Origin: an uncultured bacterium
GTDB taxonomy: Bacteria; Krumholzibacteriota; Krumholzibacteriia; LZORAL124-64-63
NCBI GenBank assembly: GCA_963727525.1
Contig: CAVSGO010000005.1
Coordinates: forward strand, 416,001-480,000
Reading direction: 5' to 3'
Length of the DNA stretch: 64,000 nt
Part shown: piece by piece, positions 13,649 to 23,924 of the stretch
How positions within the stretch are numbered: position 1 is the first letter of the stretch
Layout of the letters: every line of letters begins with the position of its first letter
The notes under the pieces: generated by a model
Seen by the model: the letters and a program-made list of their open reading frames with translations, nothing else
What the model was told of the DNA's origin: nothing
The model's database searches: none
Program-made: the position numbers and the translations under genes

Positions 13649-14140
13649 TCAGTCCTCTTGATCAACGCCCGCGCGGACGCGTCGCCTCGCGGGACGCGTC
13701 TTTGCGTAGCCATTCACGCTGACGATCTTTTCTTGCGTGGTGGCGAGATCCGCGAAGGTGATGCGGGCAAGGTGCCTCTCCAATGCTTCCGTCGCGCCAG
13801 CCCAGGCGTCCTGCACCGGGCAACCGGCGGCGAGAGGACACGACCGTTCCAGACCGACACAGCCGTTCAGGACGATGCCGCCTTCCACGACCTGCACGAT
13901 ATCCAGCAGCGAGATCTGGTCGGCGGGACGGCCCAGGCTCACGCCGCCACCGTTGCCGCGCGTCGTATGCAGAATGCCCGCAGCCGCGAGCTGGGCAACA
14001 ACCCGCCGCAGGTACGCGATCGGCATCAGCCGCCGCTCGGCGATGTCGCGGATCTGCTGCACCGGGGCGTCCGGCCCGAGCGCCGCGAGATGGAGCACGA
14101 TGCGCGAGGCGTAGTCGGTCTGGCGGCTGATGCCGTGCAC
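13649..14140 (-). CDS. Rrf2-family regulator with three Cys (possible Fe-S)
   Basis: ISRQTDYA, RGNGGG..L.RPADQISLLDIV, CVGLERSCPLAAGC; heads the cydAB operon. Confidence 0.9.
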   Translation of the reverse strand: MHGISRQTDYASRIVLHLAALGPDAPVQQIRDIAERRLMPIAYLRRVVAQLAAAGILHTTRGNGGGVSLGRPADQISLLDIVQVVEGGIVLNGCVGLERSCPLAAGCPVQDAWAGATEALERHLARITFADLATTQEKIVSVNGYAKTRPARRRVRAGVDQED

Positions 14141-14515
14141 GGTGGCCCTCCCGGTGAAGGTTACAATTTCGGTAATGTTATCAAATAGTTAATGTTTGTC
14201 AACGGTCAAAACCGTTCCATAGCATACAGTTACAATCTTGATTCAATGACATCAGCGACGGGTGCCGTTGCGCCATCGCTCGGTACTGCGTCGAGTCCTG
14301 CTACGAGCAGGGCGGCCGGTCGGTCCCATGTGATCCTACCCCGGACGCAGGTTGCGTTCACGCCGGAGCGTGGACCACGCGGTTTCGGCGCGAAGGCCCA
14401 CCCGAGCCTCCCTGCTCACCGCCCGCGCCGCGGCCGACGCGGTCCAAGCAGCAGCGGCGCATCGGGGCTACCACGCTGCAAGAGGCGTGCGGAATCGTGG
14501 CAACAGAGTTCGCAC

Positions 14516-14542
14516 TAAACCGATTCGTCGGCGTGTCGATAG
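14516..14542 (+). promoter_or_regulatory. Putative sigma-28 promoter of the FIST-kinase operon
   Basis: TAAA-N15-GTCGATAG, 56 nt upstream of ATG 14599. Confidence 0.65.
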
Positions 14543-14598
14543 AGACTGACCGAGACGGGGGAGAATCTAGGCATATTGCCGAAAGTAGGAGGCCCGAA

Positions 14599-15774
14599 AT
14601 GGCGCCATCTCCCGAGACCGGTTGTGGGATCCGATCAGGGCAATCCACGGCGGTCGATCCCCGTATTGCGGTTCGGGAGCTATATGACGCCATCAACCAG
14701 CCACGTACTGAACTGGTACTGTTCTTCTGCTCCAGTCTGTATCCTCTCGAAATCGTAGCTGAGGAGATGAGAAACGCATTTGCCGGCACGCCGGTCGTTG
14801 GTTGCACGACGGCCGGCGAAATCGGTCCGAAAGGTTATCTCGACCACTCGATTTCGGGCGTCAGTCTTTCCGCGGATGTGGCCACGATCGTCCATGGCCC
14901 GATTGCTCGACTGGCCGAATTCGCTCCCTCGAACTACCAGGGATTCTCGAAGAGCCTCCTGCAATCCTTGAAACAGCGGGCCCCGAGTTCAAGAACGGAG
15001 GGCACCTGTGGTCTCCTCTTGATCGACGGACTGTCGGTCAGGGAGGAAATCGTCGTGCGAACTCTGCAGGATGGGCTCGGCGGCGTCCCTCTCGTGGGGG
15101 GATCGGCCGGCGACGACCTGGCTTTTTCGAAGACCCTGGTGTATTTCGACGGAGCATTTCACGATGACGCAGCCGTCGTCGTGCTTGCGGCGTTGACGCG
15201 GCCATTTCGAACGTTGAAGACGCAGCATTTTCGGTCACTCACCCAGCGAATGGTTGTCACGGCCGCCGACCCGGCGCTCCGAACGGTCCACGAAATCAAT
15301 GGACTGCCGGCAGCCGCGGAATATGCGCGCCTTGTCGGGATCGACGCCGACCGGTTGAACGCGAGTAGTTTTGCGGCCTACCCCATCGTCACGATCATCG
15401 ATGGCCAGGACTATGTCCGCTCGATCCAGAAGGTCAACCCCGACGGAAGCCTGACATTTTACAGCGCGATCGAGGAAGGCCTGGTTCTGCGGACTGCCCG
15501 CGGACTCGATCTCGTTGGCGACCTCGACGACGCTCTTACCCGCATAAGGGCAGAAATCGGTGCGCCGGCCCTGGTAATCGGATGCGATTGCATTCTACGG
15601 AAACTCGAGCTGAATGACCGTGGAACCCGACCTGCCGCCGACGAGCTCCTGCGGGCCAACAACGTGGTGGGGTTTAGCACCTATGGCGAGCAAGTCGCCG
15701 GCGTCCATGTCAATCAGACTTTTACGGCAATCGCGATCGCCGATGATCGTGCATCGGGAGGTCGCCATGACTGA
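14599..15774 (+). CDS. FIST-domain sensor (NosP-like)
   Basis: GCTTAGEI, LIDGLS.REE, GGSAGDD, CDCILR, GFSTYGEQ..GVHVNQT; AGGAGG RBS. Confidence 0.9.
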   Translation: MAPSPETGCGIRSGQSTAVDPRIAVRELYDAINQPRTELVLFFCSSLYPLEIVAEEMRNAFAGTPVVGCTTAGEIGPKGYLDHSISGVSLSADVATIVHGPIARLAEFAPSNYQGFSKSLLQSLKQRAPSSRTEGTCGLLLIDGLSVREEIVVRTLQDGLGGVPLVGGSAGDDLAFSKTLVYFDGAFHDDAAVVVLAALTRPFRTLKTQHFRSLTQRMVVTAADPALRTVHEINGLPAAAEYARLVGIDADRLNASSFAAYPIVTIIDGQDYVRSIQKVNPDGSLTFYSAIEEGLVLRTARGLDLVGDLDDALTRIRAEIGAPALVIGCDCILRKLELNDRGTRPAADELLRANNVVGFSTYGEQVAGVHVNQTFTAIAIADDRASGGRHD

Positions 15775-16873
15775 GACTGCTGTCGCTTCCACGGTCGCCC
15801 AGCCAGAGACATCGCAACAGGAAATCACGCGACTGAAAAAGGTCATCGAGGTGCTCATGGATCGTGCCGAGCGCAGCACCTCGATCCAGAGTTCTGGATT
15901 CGGCCTCTTGCAATCGACGGTCGTGCTGGAGAAGAAGATCCATGAGCGCACCCGCGATCTTGAAGAAGCGTTGCGCAAGATCGAGTCGATCAATGAGGCA
16001 CTGGCGCGCGAGAAGGCGGAGCAGCAGGAACTCATCTACAAGCTCGAAGACGCACATCACAAGCTACTTCAGTCTGAGAAGCTCGCGGCGATCGGGCAGC
16101 TCGCCGCCGGAGTTGCTCACGAAATCAACAACCCGATCGCGTTCGTGATGGCGAATCTCGGCACTCTGCAGAAGTACGCGGACGACTTGCTGGCCATCCT
16201 CGGGGCTTACGGTGACGCGGCACACCAGCTCACCATGGCGCCAGAATTCGCCTCGCACATCGAGTCATTGTGCCGTGAGGCTGATATCGACTACCTGATA
16301 TCGGACATCCCCAGCCTCATCACCGAATCGATCGACGGTGCGGACAGGGTGCGCCGGATTGTTCTCGATCTCCGTAGCTTCACGCGGACTGGTTCGACAG
16401 TTCCGGAGATGGCCGACCTCCATGCCGCTCTTGACAGTACGCTGAACATCGTGAGGAACGAGGTCAAGTACAAGGCGGAGGTTGTCAAGGAATACGGTGA
16501 CTTGCCACCCCTGCGCTGCGTCGTTGCTCAAATCAACCAGGTCTTCCTCAACCTGATCGTGAACGCTGCGCAGGCCATCAAGGAGAAGGGTATCATCACG
16601 GTCCGTAGCGGTCGAGATGGCGACACAGGATGGATCTCGATCAGCGATACAGGCGGCGGGATCAGCCCTGACAATCTCCCTCGCGTTTTCGACCCCTTCT
16701 TCACGACAAGACGGGCCGGAGAGGGGACCGGCTTGGGGCTCTCCGTGTCTCGTGACATCGTCCACCGCCATGGTGGACGACTCGATGTCGAGAGCGAGCC
16801 AGGTACTGGTACGACATTTACCCTCCGTCTCCCGATGACGAGCGAGCCAGAGATCGAGGGCGACGTCGCCTGA
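15767..16873 (+). CDS. Cytoplasmic NtrB-type histidine kinase coupled to the FIST gene
   Basis: GQLAAGVAHEINNP, QVFLNLIVNA, DTGGG, FDPFFTT, GTGLGL; overlaps the FIST stop. Confidence 0.92.
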   Translation: MTETAVASTVAQPETSQQEITRLKKVIEVLMDRAERSTSIQSSGFGLLQSTVVLEKKIHERTRDLEEALRKIESINEALAREKAEQQELIYKLEDAHHKLLQSEKLAAIGQLAAGVAHEINNPIAFVMANLGTLQKYADDLLAILGAYGDAAHQLTMAPEFASHIESLCREADIDYLISDIPSLITESIDGADRVRRIVLDLRSFTRTGSTVPEMADLHAALDSTLNIVRNEVKYKAEVVKEYGDLPPLRCVVAQINQVFLNLIVNAAQAIKEKGIITVRSGRDGDTGWISISDTGGGISPDNLPRVFDPFFTTRRAGEGTGLGLSVSRDIVHRHGGRLDVESEPGTGTTFTLRLPMTSEPEIEGDVA

Positions 16874-17189
16874 AGTTCGCGGGTGACGACCAAGCGGCTT
16901 TCAGCCGCTGGCTGACGACCCTGCCCCTGTCCTGCCAAGAGCTGTCGGGTCGGCTGTCTGGATTGGGATCGAAGCCGTCCTCCTGGCGTCGTGACGGCGA
17001 CTTCGAGCGTCGATCCACGGTCAACCACAGTACTCATAACTTCAGCTATGCCAACAGAGATAGGATTTCCAGCTGGGATGGTGTACGATCACCACGTGCA
17101 GTGGCGGTCGTTCGCAGCTACGCTATGGATGGGGAGGCAACGGTATGGTTTGCCGTCGGTCTCGAGTCCGCTTCGAAAAGAGTGAGTCC

Positions 17190-18203
17190 GTGTCCAACTC
17201 CAATTCGGTGCCCGCGGGCGAGATCACGGCCCGCATGCTTGCCAGATACCAGCGATCGAGTCTCCGCCACAGCCTCCTGCAGATCGCCGACAGCGTCCTG
17301 CCCTACCTCGCCCTCTGGGTCGCCATGATCTACAGCCTGCGCGTGTCCTACCTGCTCACTCTCGCGCTCGCGGTGGTCGCCGCCGGCTTCGTGATGCGCA
17401 CTTTCATCATCTTTCACGATTGCGGCCATGGCTCGTTCTTCCGGGCGAAATGGGCCAACGAGCTGGTGGGATTCATCACCGGCGTGCTCACCCTGACGCC
17501 GTCGCGCGATTGGTGGCGTCAGCACACCAAGCACCACGCCACCTCGGGCGACCTCGACCGGCGCGGTGATGGAGACGTGTGGACGCTCACGGTGGAGGAA
17601 TACCGCCGCGCCTCCCGCTGGCAGCGCCTTGTCTACTGGTTCGTGCGGACACCGGCGTTCATGCTCGCGGTCGGTCCGATCGTGATGTTCGTGATCCACA
17701 ATCGGTTCCCGTCGAAGGGCGCGCGGCGACGCGAGGTCATGAACGTCGTCTACACGAACCTGGCGATCGGCGGCCTCGTCGCCGGGCTCATCTACCTCAT
17801 CGGCTGGAAGGCCTACCTGATGATCCACATCCCGGTGACCCTGTTCAGCGGGGCGATAGGGATCTGGCTCTTCTACGTGCAACACCAGTTCGACGGCGTC
17901 TACTGGCGGCGGCACGACGAGTGGAATCCCGCGGCCGCCGCGGTGCAGGGCAGTTCCTACTTCCGGCTTCCGATCGTGCTCGAGTGGTTCTCGGGCAGCA
18001 TCGGCTTCCACCACGTCCATCATCTCAGCTCGCGGATCCCGAACTACTTTCTCAAGCGGTGCCATCGGGAACACCCGGAACTGCAGGCCGCGCCGACGCT
18101 CGGTCTCGCCGCCAGTGTCCGCTGCTTCAAGTACCGCCTGTGGGACGAGAAGCGGCAATGTCTGGTCACGTTTGCCGAAGCTCGACGCGAGACGACGGCC
18201 TGA
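17190..18203 (+). CDS. Membrane fatty acid desaturase (Des-like)
   Basis: His boxes HDCGH, HTKHH and HHVHH. Confidence 0.92.
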   Translation: MSNSNSVPAGEITARMLARYQRSSLRHSLLQIADSVLPYLALWVAMIYSLRVSYLLTLALAVVAAGFVMRTFIIFHDCGHGSFFRAKWANELVGFITGVLTLTPSRDWWRQHTKHHATSGDLDRRGDGDVWTLTVEEYRRASRWQRLVYWFVRTPAFMLAVGPIVMFVIHNRFPSKGARRREVMNVVYTNLAIGGLVAGLIYLIGWKAYLMIHIPVTLFSGAIGIWLFYVQHQFDGVYWRRHDEWNPAAAAVQGSSYFRLPIVLEWFSGSIGFHHVHHLSSRIPNYFLKRCHREHPELQAAPTLGLAASVRCFKYRLWDEKRQCLVTFAEARRETTA

Positions 18204-18797
18204 TTCCGGCGGCCGTGATCAGTGCCGATCCTGTGGGCGACAGGATCCACCTTCCGTCCTGCAGCCGCCATACGACCGCGGCGCATCCTCATCCCACGTC
18301 ACCATGGCCAGCGTCCCGGTCCAGCTCTTCTGGGCCTTGCCGGTTATTCCCAGCTCGTAGTAGGGCGACCATGTCGAGCATGGTGCTGGTGACGGTGGGG
18401 TGGTCTTCGCCCACATCGCTGGCAACACCCGAGATTCGATACGACGGGCGTGCCCCGTGCTACGAGAGGTCGTTGGCTCGACGGAAAGAACGCATGACGG
18501 CGGGAGCCGTGGAGAGGATCTTTCTGTATACCTGTGAGTCTTGCAAAGCAGATCTTGCGAGCGAGCCGATGCGCATATTGGTCGAGTTCACCCCGCAGCC
18601 GGGGCGCCTTCGCGACAGTTCGGAAGGAGTGATGGCAATTCGCGCCGGCGGATACGATTCCGTGAGTCTGCGGGCGGGAGTAGCTCGCGTTTCTGTGCAC
18701 ATTTCGACCTATGCTTTTCGCAAGGCGGGGTACCTGCCGTGAGCGCAACCGTCAGGGCCTGATATCAGGCAACCGCAAGCCGGTGGTGAGGAGCGCC

Positions 18798-19109
18798 ATG
18801 AACAACGAGACCGTGAACCGGATCAGTGGCCAAATCATGCTTGGACTGTCTCTGTTCGCAATGTTCCTGGTAGTCGGCGCGGCGGTCTTCACGATCGTCG
18901 GCCGCCTTGACCCGTCGCCCAACGGCGACGAAGGCACGGCGGCGCACGTCTTCCAGCTCGCGATTGTCCTGCTCGTTCCGGTCGGCCTGGTGTTCCTGGC
19001 CACGGCCGATTGGCATCGGCCGCTTAAGGTGGGGAAGCGTCTTGCCGTGTCCGCTGTTGCGCTCGTCGTGGTTTTCTCGACCCTCTACTACCTGGAGCAT
19101 CTACGGTGA
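18798..19109 (+). CDS. Small 3-TM membrane protein
   Basis: GAGGAG RBS; hydrophobic helices; DEGTAAHVFQL. Confidence 0.75.
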   Translation: MNNETVNRISGQIMLGLSLFAMFLVVGAAVFTIVGRLDPSPNGDEGTAAHVFQLAIVLLVPVGLVFLATADWHRPLKVGKRLAVSAVALVVVFSTLYYLEHLR

Positions 19110-19141
19110 GGCCGCGCAGGCCGTAACTCGAGGGGTGACCC

Positions 19142-19501
19142 GTGAGCATCAAGCGAGTGGTACCGAACGTCACGACCGAGCGTCTCGAGGAGAACCGGGA
19201 GTTCTACACCTCCCTCCTGGGATTCCAGGTCGTGATGGACATGGGCTGGATCGTGACGCTCGCCTCTCCCGATTCCCCAGGCGCACAGATCAGCATCGTT
19301 CGCGGGGAGACGGCGGAGTCGGCCAGTACGAACGTCACGCTTACGATCGAGGTTGGCGACGTCGACGCCGTTTACGCCGAGGCGAGGTCACGCGGCCATG
19401 TGATCGTCTATCCCTTGACCAGCGAAGGCTGGGGCGTACGCCGATTCCACCTGAGAGATCCAAACGGCGTGGTCATTAACGTGATGAGTCATCTTCGGTG
19501 A
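19142..19501 (+). CDS. VOC/glyoxalase family protein
   Basis: FYTSLLG, EVGDVDAVY, WGVRRFHLRDPNG. Confidence 0.9.
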   Translation: MSIKRVVPNVTTERLEENREFYTSLLGFQVVMDMGWIVTLASPDSPGAQISIVRGETAESASTNVTLTIEVGDVDAVYAEARSRGHVIVYPLTSEGWGVRRFHLRDPNGVVINVMSHLR

Positions 19502-19539
19502 TGCGGCGCGGGGTCCCGGTTGGTCGAGCAACGCACGGG

Positions 19540-19760
19540 TCCAGTGTTCGGCGTGTGGTGGCAAGGTGGGTTGCGTGCTCCCGGGGTCGCGTGGTCGGGA
19601 AAGTCCTGGTTCAACGTCGCTTTGAGCGTGGCCTAGGCATCGATTCCCGTGAAGATGCCAAGGCCTTCCTCCTCAAGAGCCGCCTCTATACACCCTCTTG
19701 CCGCTCGACAGGAGACCCCCTTCAACATGCGGGTGATTCCGTTGCCGCCGTCGCTGTCTC
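19540..19760 (-). pseudogene. Decayed DUF302-like gene
   Basis: Minus-strand translation EAALEEEGLGIFTGIDA*ATLKATLNQDF...GARNPP resembles DUF302; limits approximate. Confidence 0.55.
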
Positions 19761-19774
19761 ACGTCACCGCGACC

Positions 19775-20848
19775 TCAGCGTCGATTGCCCGGCGTCTGGC
19801 CTGTGAGGGGAATTGCGTCGTCGACCGGCAGGTCGTCGATGAAATCCGACTTCTCGTCGTTGCCGACCGTGCTCTGGATCGGCAGGCGGACGACGAACTC
19901 GGCGCCGCCGAGCGGGCTGTCGCCAACCTCGATGCGGCCCCCGTGCTTCGCGGCCACGATGTCGCGGCAGACGGCGAGACCCTGGCCGGTGCCGGCGCCG
20001 ACCGGACGCGTCGTGAAGAACAGGTCGAAGATCCGTTCACGCTGTGGGGGCGGAACGCCCGGGCCGTCGTCGCCGACCCGGATCACGAGGTCGTCGCCAT
20101 CGCGCGCCGTCGAGATCCTGATGATGCCTGGTTGCGCCCGGCCCGCCTCCGCGATCGCCTGCGCCGCGTTGACCACGAGATTGAGCACGACCTGACCGAT
20201 CTCCCCACCCTGGCCATGGACGTCCGGCAGGGACGGATCGAGCTCCAGCTCGAGCATCTCGGCTGGCGACCAGACGTTACGGCTGACGATCTGGGTGTTG
20301 TCGATGATTCGATTGATGTCGATCATCGTCATGACGGAGGTACCGGGTTGCGCGAACTCCTTCATCGACTGGACGATGACCGCGATCCGCTGGGCGCCGG
20401 CCCGGGAGTCCGCGAGCGCGGAGGTGATCTCCTCGTTGGCAAACCCGTCGTCGCTTGCGCCGATGTAGTGGATCGGCGTGTTGATCTCGTGGGCCATGCC
20501 GGCGGCGAGATGGCCGATTGCCGCCATCTTCGATGCGTGCGTGGCTTCCTGCTCCGCTCTTCGCTTTTCGCGCAGCGCCGCCACCATGCTGTTGAACGCC
20601 GTCGAGAAGTCACCGAGGAAATCCAACTGGTGCTCAAGGCAGCCGGCGGCGATCGCCGTGGAAACGCGGCGCAACTCGGTCAACTCGTTGTGAAGATCAG
20701 CGACCGCGGATGCGAGGGCGGCAACATCCGCAGGCACGTCGGCTGGCGCTGTCAGCAGCACCATGGCACGACCGTCGGCGAGCGCCTCGATGTTCGACTT
20801 CTCCAGTCGCAGAATGCCGAAACCATGGTCCCTGGGAGCGGTTTGCAA
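19775..20848 (-). CDS. Histidine kinase, probably truncated or internally deleted
   Basis: GHLAAGMAHEINTP, NLVVNAAQA, DDGPG, FFTT, GTGQGL; partial HAMP, short helical region, no clear start. Confidence 0.7.
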   Translation of the reverse strand: MQTAPRDHGFGILRLEKSNIEALADGRAMVLLTAPADVPADVAALASAVADLHNELTELRRVSTAIAAGCLEHQLDFLGDFSTAFNSMVAALREKRRAEQEATHASKMAAIGHLAAGMAHEINTPIHYIGASDDGFANEEITSALADSRAGAQRIAVIVQSMKEFAQPGTSVMTMIDINRIIDNTQIVSRNVWSPAEMLELELDPSLPDVHGQGGEIGQVVLNLVVNAAQAIAEAGRAQPGIIRISTARDGDDLVIRVGDDGPGVPPPQRERIFDLFFTTRPVGAGTGQGLAVCRDIVAAKHGGRIEVGDSPLGGAEFVVRLPIQSTVGNDEKSDFIDDLPVDDAIPLTGQTPGNRR

Positions 20849-21160
20849 GGCGTCGATGAACTGGGGAATGTCCAGCGACCTGGACCAGTCGCCCCATACC
20901 CACTGAAGCGGCGAACCGGTCGACGATCAAGGCGCTCTACGGACGAGGCAAGTGGACCGAACGGTTTGCCCATGACGATTTCCGTTGATTTTTTTCCTCC
21001 AATCACGCGAAATGGCAGGGGCCATCGTTGGAAAAGCGGCGAGGCACGCCATCATAATCCCGGGGCGCGGAATGGTCACCCGTGACCAGTGATCTCTATC
21101 ATGCGGCTCGACGCGCGGTGACCCGATCAGGAAGGTGGACCAATACGAGGGGAGATCTCC

Positions 21161-22615
21161 ATGAAACTCACAGCAACCAGCTTGATGCTGGCGCTACTCG
21201 TGCCCGTGGGTGCGTTTGCCGAGGTGATCACGGTCCGCAGCGGCGAGGGCGTCATGGTAGGAGATGGTGATCCTTCCGTGCATGTGCTCTCTGGTCCGGC
21301 GGATAGCGGATTCCCGGCGACCTTCGGTCCCGCAGATTTCGAGGCGGCGAGAACGGCGCCGATGGCGATCGTCATCGCGAACAACGGTGCCTGGATCTCG
21401 GGGCTTCCCTCCGATCCACAGGCCCAGTGGATCAACGACACAGGATCCAACGACGGCGGCAGCAGCGGGCTCTACTCGGTCGACTTCCAGACGACGTCTG
21501 CGGCGTTGAATGCCCGGCTCTACATTCGATATGCCGTCGACAATAATCTGGGTGACACGGTCAATCACGGCGTTTTCCTCAACGGCGTCTCTCTTTTCGA
21601 TGCAACCTATCTGGGCGGGTACGGACAGGAATACCTCCTGGTCGCCGATGTCATCAGCCTACTCGAGAATGGTAACAATACGCTGAGCCTCTACGCCTAC
21701 GAGGGCGGAGGGCCGGCCGGTATCATCTTCAGCGCCTCCCTCTTCACAAATGAGGACGCCCCCGTCGAAGTGATCCACATTCGCAGCGGCGGGACAGGCG
21801 AGGTCGGAACCGACGATCCCGTTTTTCATGTGCTGTCGGGACCCGATGATAGTGGGTTCTCTATACCCTTCGAGGTTGCGGATTTCGCCGCGGCCGCGGT
21901 CGGACCGCCCGCCATCGTCTGCGCGACGACGCCTGTCTGGATCCAGGCGCTTCCTTCCGATCCCGCAGCTTACTGGATCAACGACACCGGCCAGAACGAA
22001 ACCGGCCGCAGCGCACTGGTCGCAGCGGAGTTCATGGTGGATCACGCCTTTGAACAGGCCGACCTCACGATGGTTTACGCGGTCGACAACTCCCTCGGCG
22101 ATGGGATCAATCCCGGCGTCTTCGTCAACGAGGAGCCGGTCGTCGGCGTGGGGAGCCTCGGCGATTTTACCCAGCAGTATAGCCTCGAGGTCGACGTAAC
22201 GAACCAGATTCGGGTCGGAAACAATACGATCTACTTCTATGTCTACGACTTCGGCTATTCTGCCGGTCTGCTCGTCAGTGCGACGATTTCGCTCCACCGC
22301 GTACAGGCAACGGCGGTGGCACCGGTCGTCACCGCACGGCCACGACTCCTGGAGAGCATCCAGCCCAACCCATTCAATCCACGAACGACCATCGTGTGCG
22401 AACTACCGGCGACCGGCCTGTGTCACCTCGACGTGCTGGATCTGGCTGGTCGGCACGTCGCCACGCTGGTCCACGGTGTCCGGGCTGCCGGCAGGCACGA
22501 ATTCGCCTGGGATGGTCGCGATCAGAACGGGCGCGCAGCCCCCACGGGAACCTACATCTGCCGCTTGGCAACGTCCCATGCCGTCGAGACGGCGAAGCTG
22601 GTCCTGGTGCGTTGA
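21161..22615 (+). CDS. Secreted protein with two tandem ~180 aa beta-rich repeats and a FlgD-Ig-like tail
   Basis: Signal peptide; repeats VLSGPxDSGF...LPSDPxAxWINDTG...YAVDN; PNPFNPRTTI...WDGRDQNG. Confidence 0.9.
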   Translation: MKLTATSLMLALLVPVGAFAEVITVRSGEGVMVGDGDPSVHVLSGPADSGFPATFGPADFEAARTAPMAIVIANNGAWISGLPSDPQAQWINDTGSNDGGSSGLYSVDFQTTSAALNARLYIRYAVDNNLGDTVNHGVFLNGVSLFDATYLGGYGQEYLLVADVISLLENGNNTLSLYAYEGGGPAGIIFSASLFTNEDAPVEVIHIRSGGTGEVGTDDPVFHVLSGPDDSGFSIPFEVADFAAAAVGPPAIVCATTPVWIQALPSDPAAYWINDTGQNETGRSALVAAEFMVDHAFEQADLTMVYAVDNSLGDGINPGVFVNEEPVVGVGSLGDFTQQYSLEVDVTNQIRVGNNTIYFYVYDFGYSAGLLVSATISLHRVQATAVAPVVTARPRLLESIQPNPFNPRTTIVCELPATGLCHLDVLDLAGRHVATLVHGVRAAGRHEFAWDGRDQNGRAAPTGTYICRLATSHAVETAKLVLVR

Positions 22616-22630
22616 CCACCGCACCCACGA

Positions 22631-22670
22631 GAGCGGGCCACGGCGATCTTTCCGTGGCCCGTTCCTTTCA
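22631..22670 (+). terminator. Probable intrinsic terminator
   Basis: 13 bp stem GAGCGGGCCACGG/CCGTGGCCCGTTC then CTTT. Confidence 0.65.
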
Positions 22671-22885
22671 TGGCTCCGTTCACGTGGCCGTCCCTGATAG
22701 CCTGCTCGAGGCCCTCGAGGATGGGGAGAGGAGAGACAAACGCTATCTTCCGGAACGATCTCCCCCTTTGCGCCAACTCGCTGGTTCGATTCCACCGCGT
22801 TTTCGCCGCTCGGCTGCGACGTGGAGTCCCGGTGCACGTCGTCTACAAGGGCGCACCAGGTTGCGACCACCGGTCCAGCGACGGC

Positions 22886-23638
22886 TCACTCCACCCAGTA
22901 CTCGGATCCGTCTCGTGTCCGGCCCAGGAAGCCGAAGTCGACGAGATAGCGGCACAGGGTGGTGTAGTCGGCAGAGGCCGTGGCCAGGATCTCGTTGACC
23001 TCGATCTGGGTGTAACGGCGGGTGGCGTCGAAGCGCGTCAGGATGTGGATGAGGACGGCGACCTTGCGCTTCTGGCGCTTGGGGAGGCCGGACATCATGC
23101 CGTCAGGGCCGTCCGGGAAGTGGGTGCGGACGATCTTGTTGAACTCGGCCTCGGTGATGGCGAAACGATCGTCGTCGGCTGAGCGCTTGCCGGGGATTGC
23201 GATGAAGTGCGAACCGGGAGCCTGGTTGCCGGTTTCGAGCAACGCCATGAGCGCCAGGAAGACCCGGGCCTGGCGGGCCTTCTCGCGCAATACGAAACGA
23301 TGGTTGCGGAGCGTCGACAGGCTGACGTCGCCGACGAGGGGCTGGATCTCCTTGTCGGTCAGGCCGTCGTGGAGGTGGGCCAGCAGCGTGCGCTGCGTGT
23401 CGGAGAGGCCGGTGCCCTTCTTGCCGAGGGACAGCAAGGCTTGGAAGGTCGAGGTGTGGACCTCGGTGATGTGGTGCTGCATGGCCAGCTCTGCGACCAC
23501 CAGTTCCGGTCCCTGGGGGTAGATGTGGCCCTTCTGGACGGTGGCGTCGCAGAACAGGCAGTCGTGGGAGTTGTCGCCGGTCGTGTAGCCGGCGATCAAC
23601 TGCCCGAGCGTGGCGGAATCGTGGGACAGGGGGCTCAT
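22886..23638 (-). CDS. DUF2087-domain protein with Cys/His knuckle and HTH-like region
   Basis: CLFC...H...H; STLRNHRF.LREKARQA; YTQIEVNEIL...DYTTLCRYLVDFGFLGRTRDGSEYW. Confidence 0.85.
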   Translation of the reverse strand: MSPLSHDSATLGQLIAGYTTGDNSHDCLFCDATVQKGHIYPQGPELVVAELAMQHHITEVHTSTFQALLSLGKKGTGLSDTQRTLLAHLHDGLTDKEIQPLVGDVSLSTLRNHRFVLREKARQARVFLALMALLETGNQAPGSHFIAIPGKRSADDDRFAITEAEFNKIVRTHFPDGPDGMMSGLPKRQKRKVAVLIHILTRFDATRRYTQIEVNEILATASADYTTLCRYLVDFGFLGRTRDGSEYWVE

Positions 23639-23924
23639 GGGGAACTCCTTGATTACCGAAATCATATCAACTAAAACATCATCCGTCTAGCTATATATAG
23701 ATGTAATAATATAACGTTTGCTTTTTTGCATTCGGCTCTTCGATCCTATCGATCGTTCAATGCTGACGCTCCGGTCGCTGGCGGCCACGGTGCTCTCTCG
23801 ATCCGTTAGAGGCCAGGAGGCCCCGCCGTGCCCAGCTGGCTGAACTTGCCGACGCTCGTGACACGGTGGCCCATCTCTGCGTCACCGAGGGACGGTGCGA
23901 TGGCGCAGGCCAGACGTCGCCGTG

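Noticed and set aside
14498-14513. Sigma-54 promoter TGGCAACAGAGTTCGC
   Set aside because: GG-GC spacing is off by one
17190-18203. Desaturase as part of DSF synthesis
   Set aside because: 38 kb away, and RpfF makes the cis-2 bond by dehydration; no link visible
18700-19560. Integron cassette array of small genes
   Set aside because: No convincing attC sites and no integrase
10909-19635. TAG recoding, suggested by in-frame TAGs in fliC, cydA and the DUF302 remnant
   Set aside because: They replace different residues (Gln, Trp), each gene has other lesions, and intact genes (RRM, cytochrome c, rpfF) end at TAG
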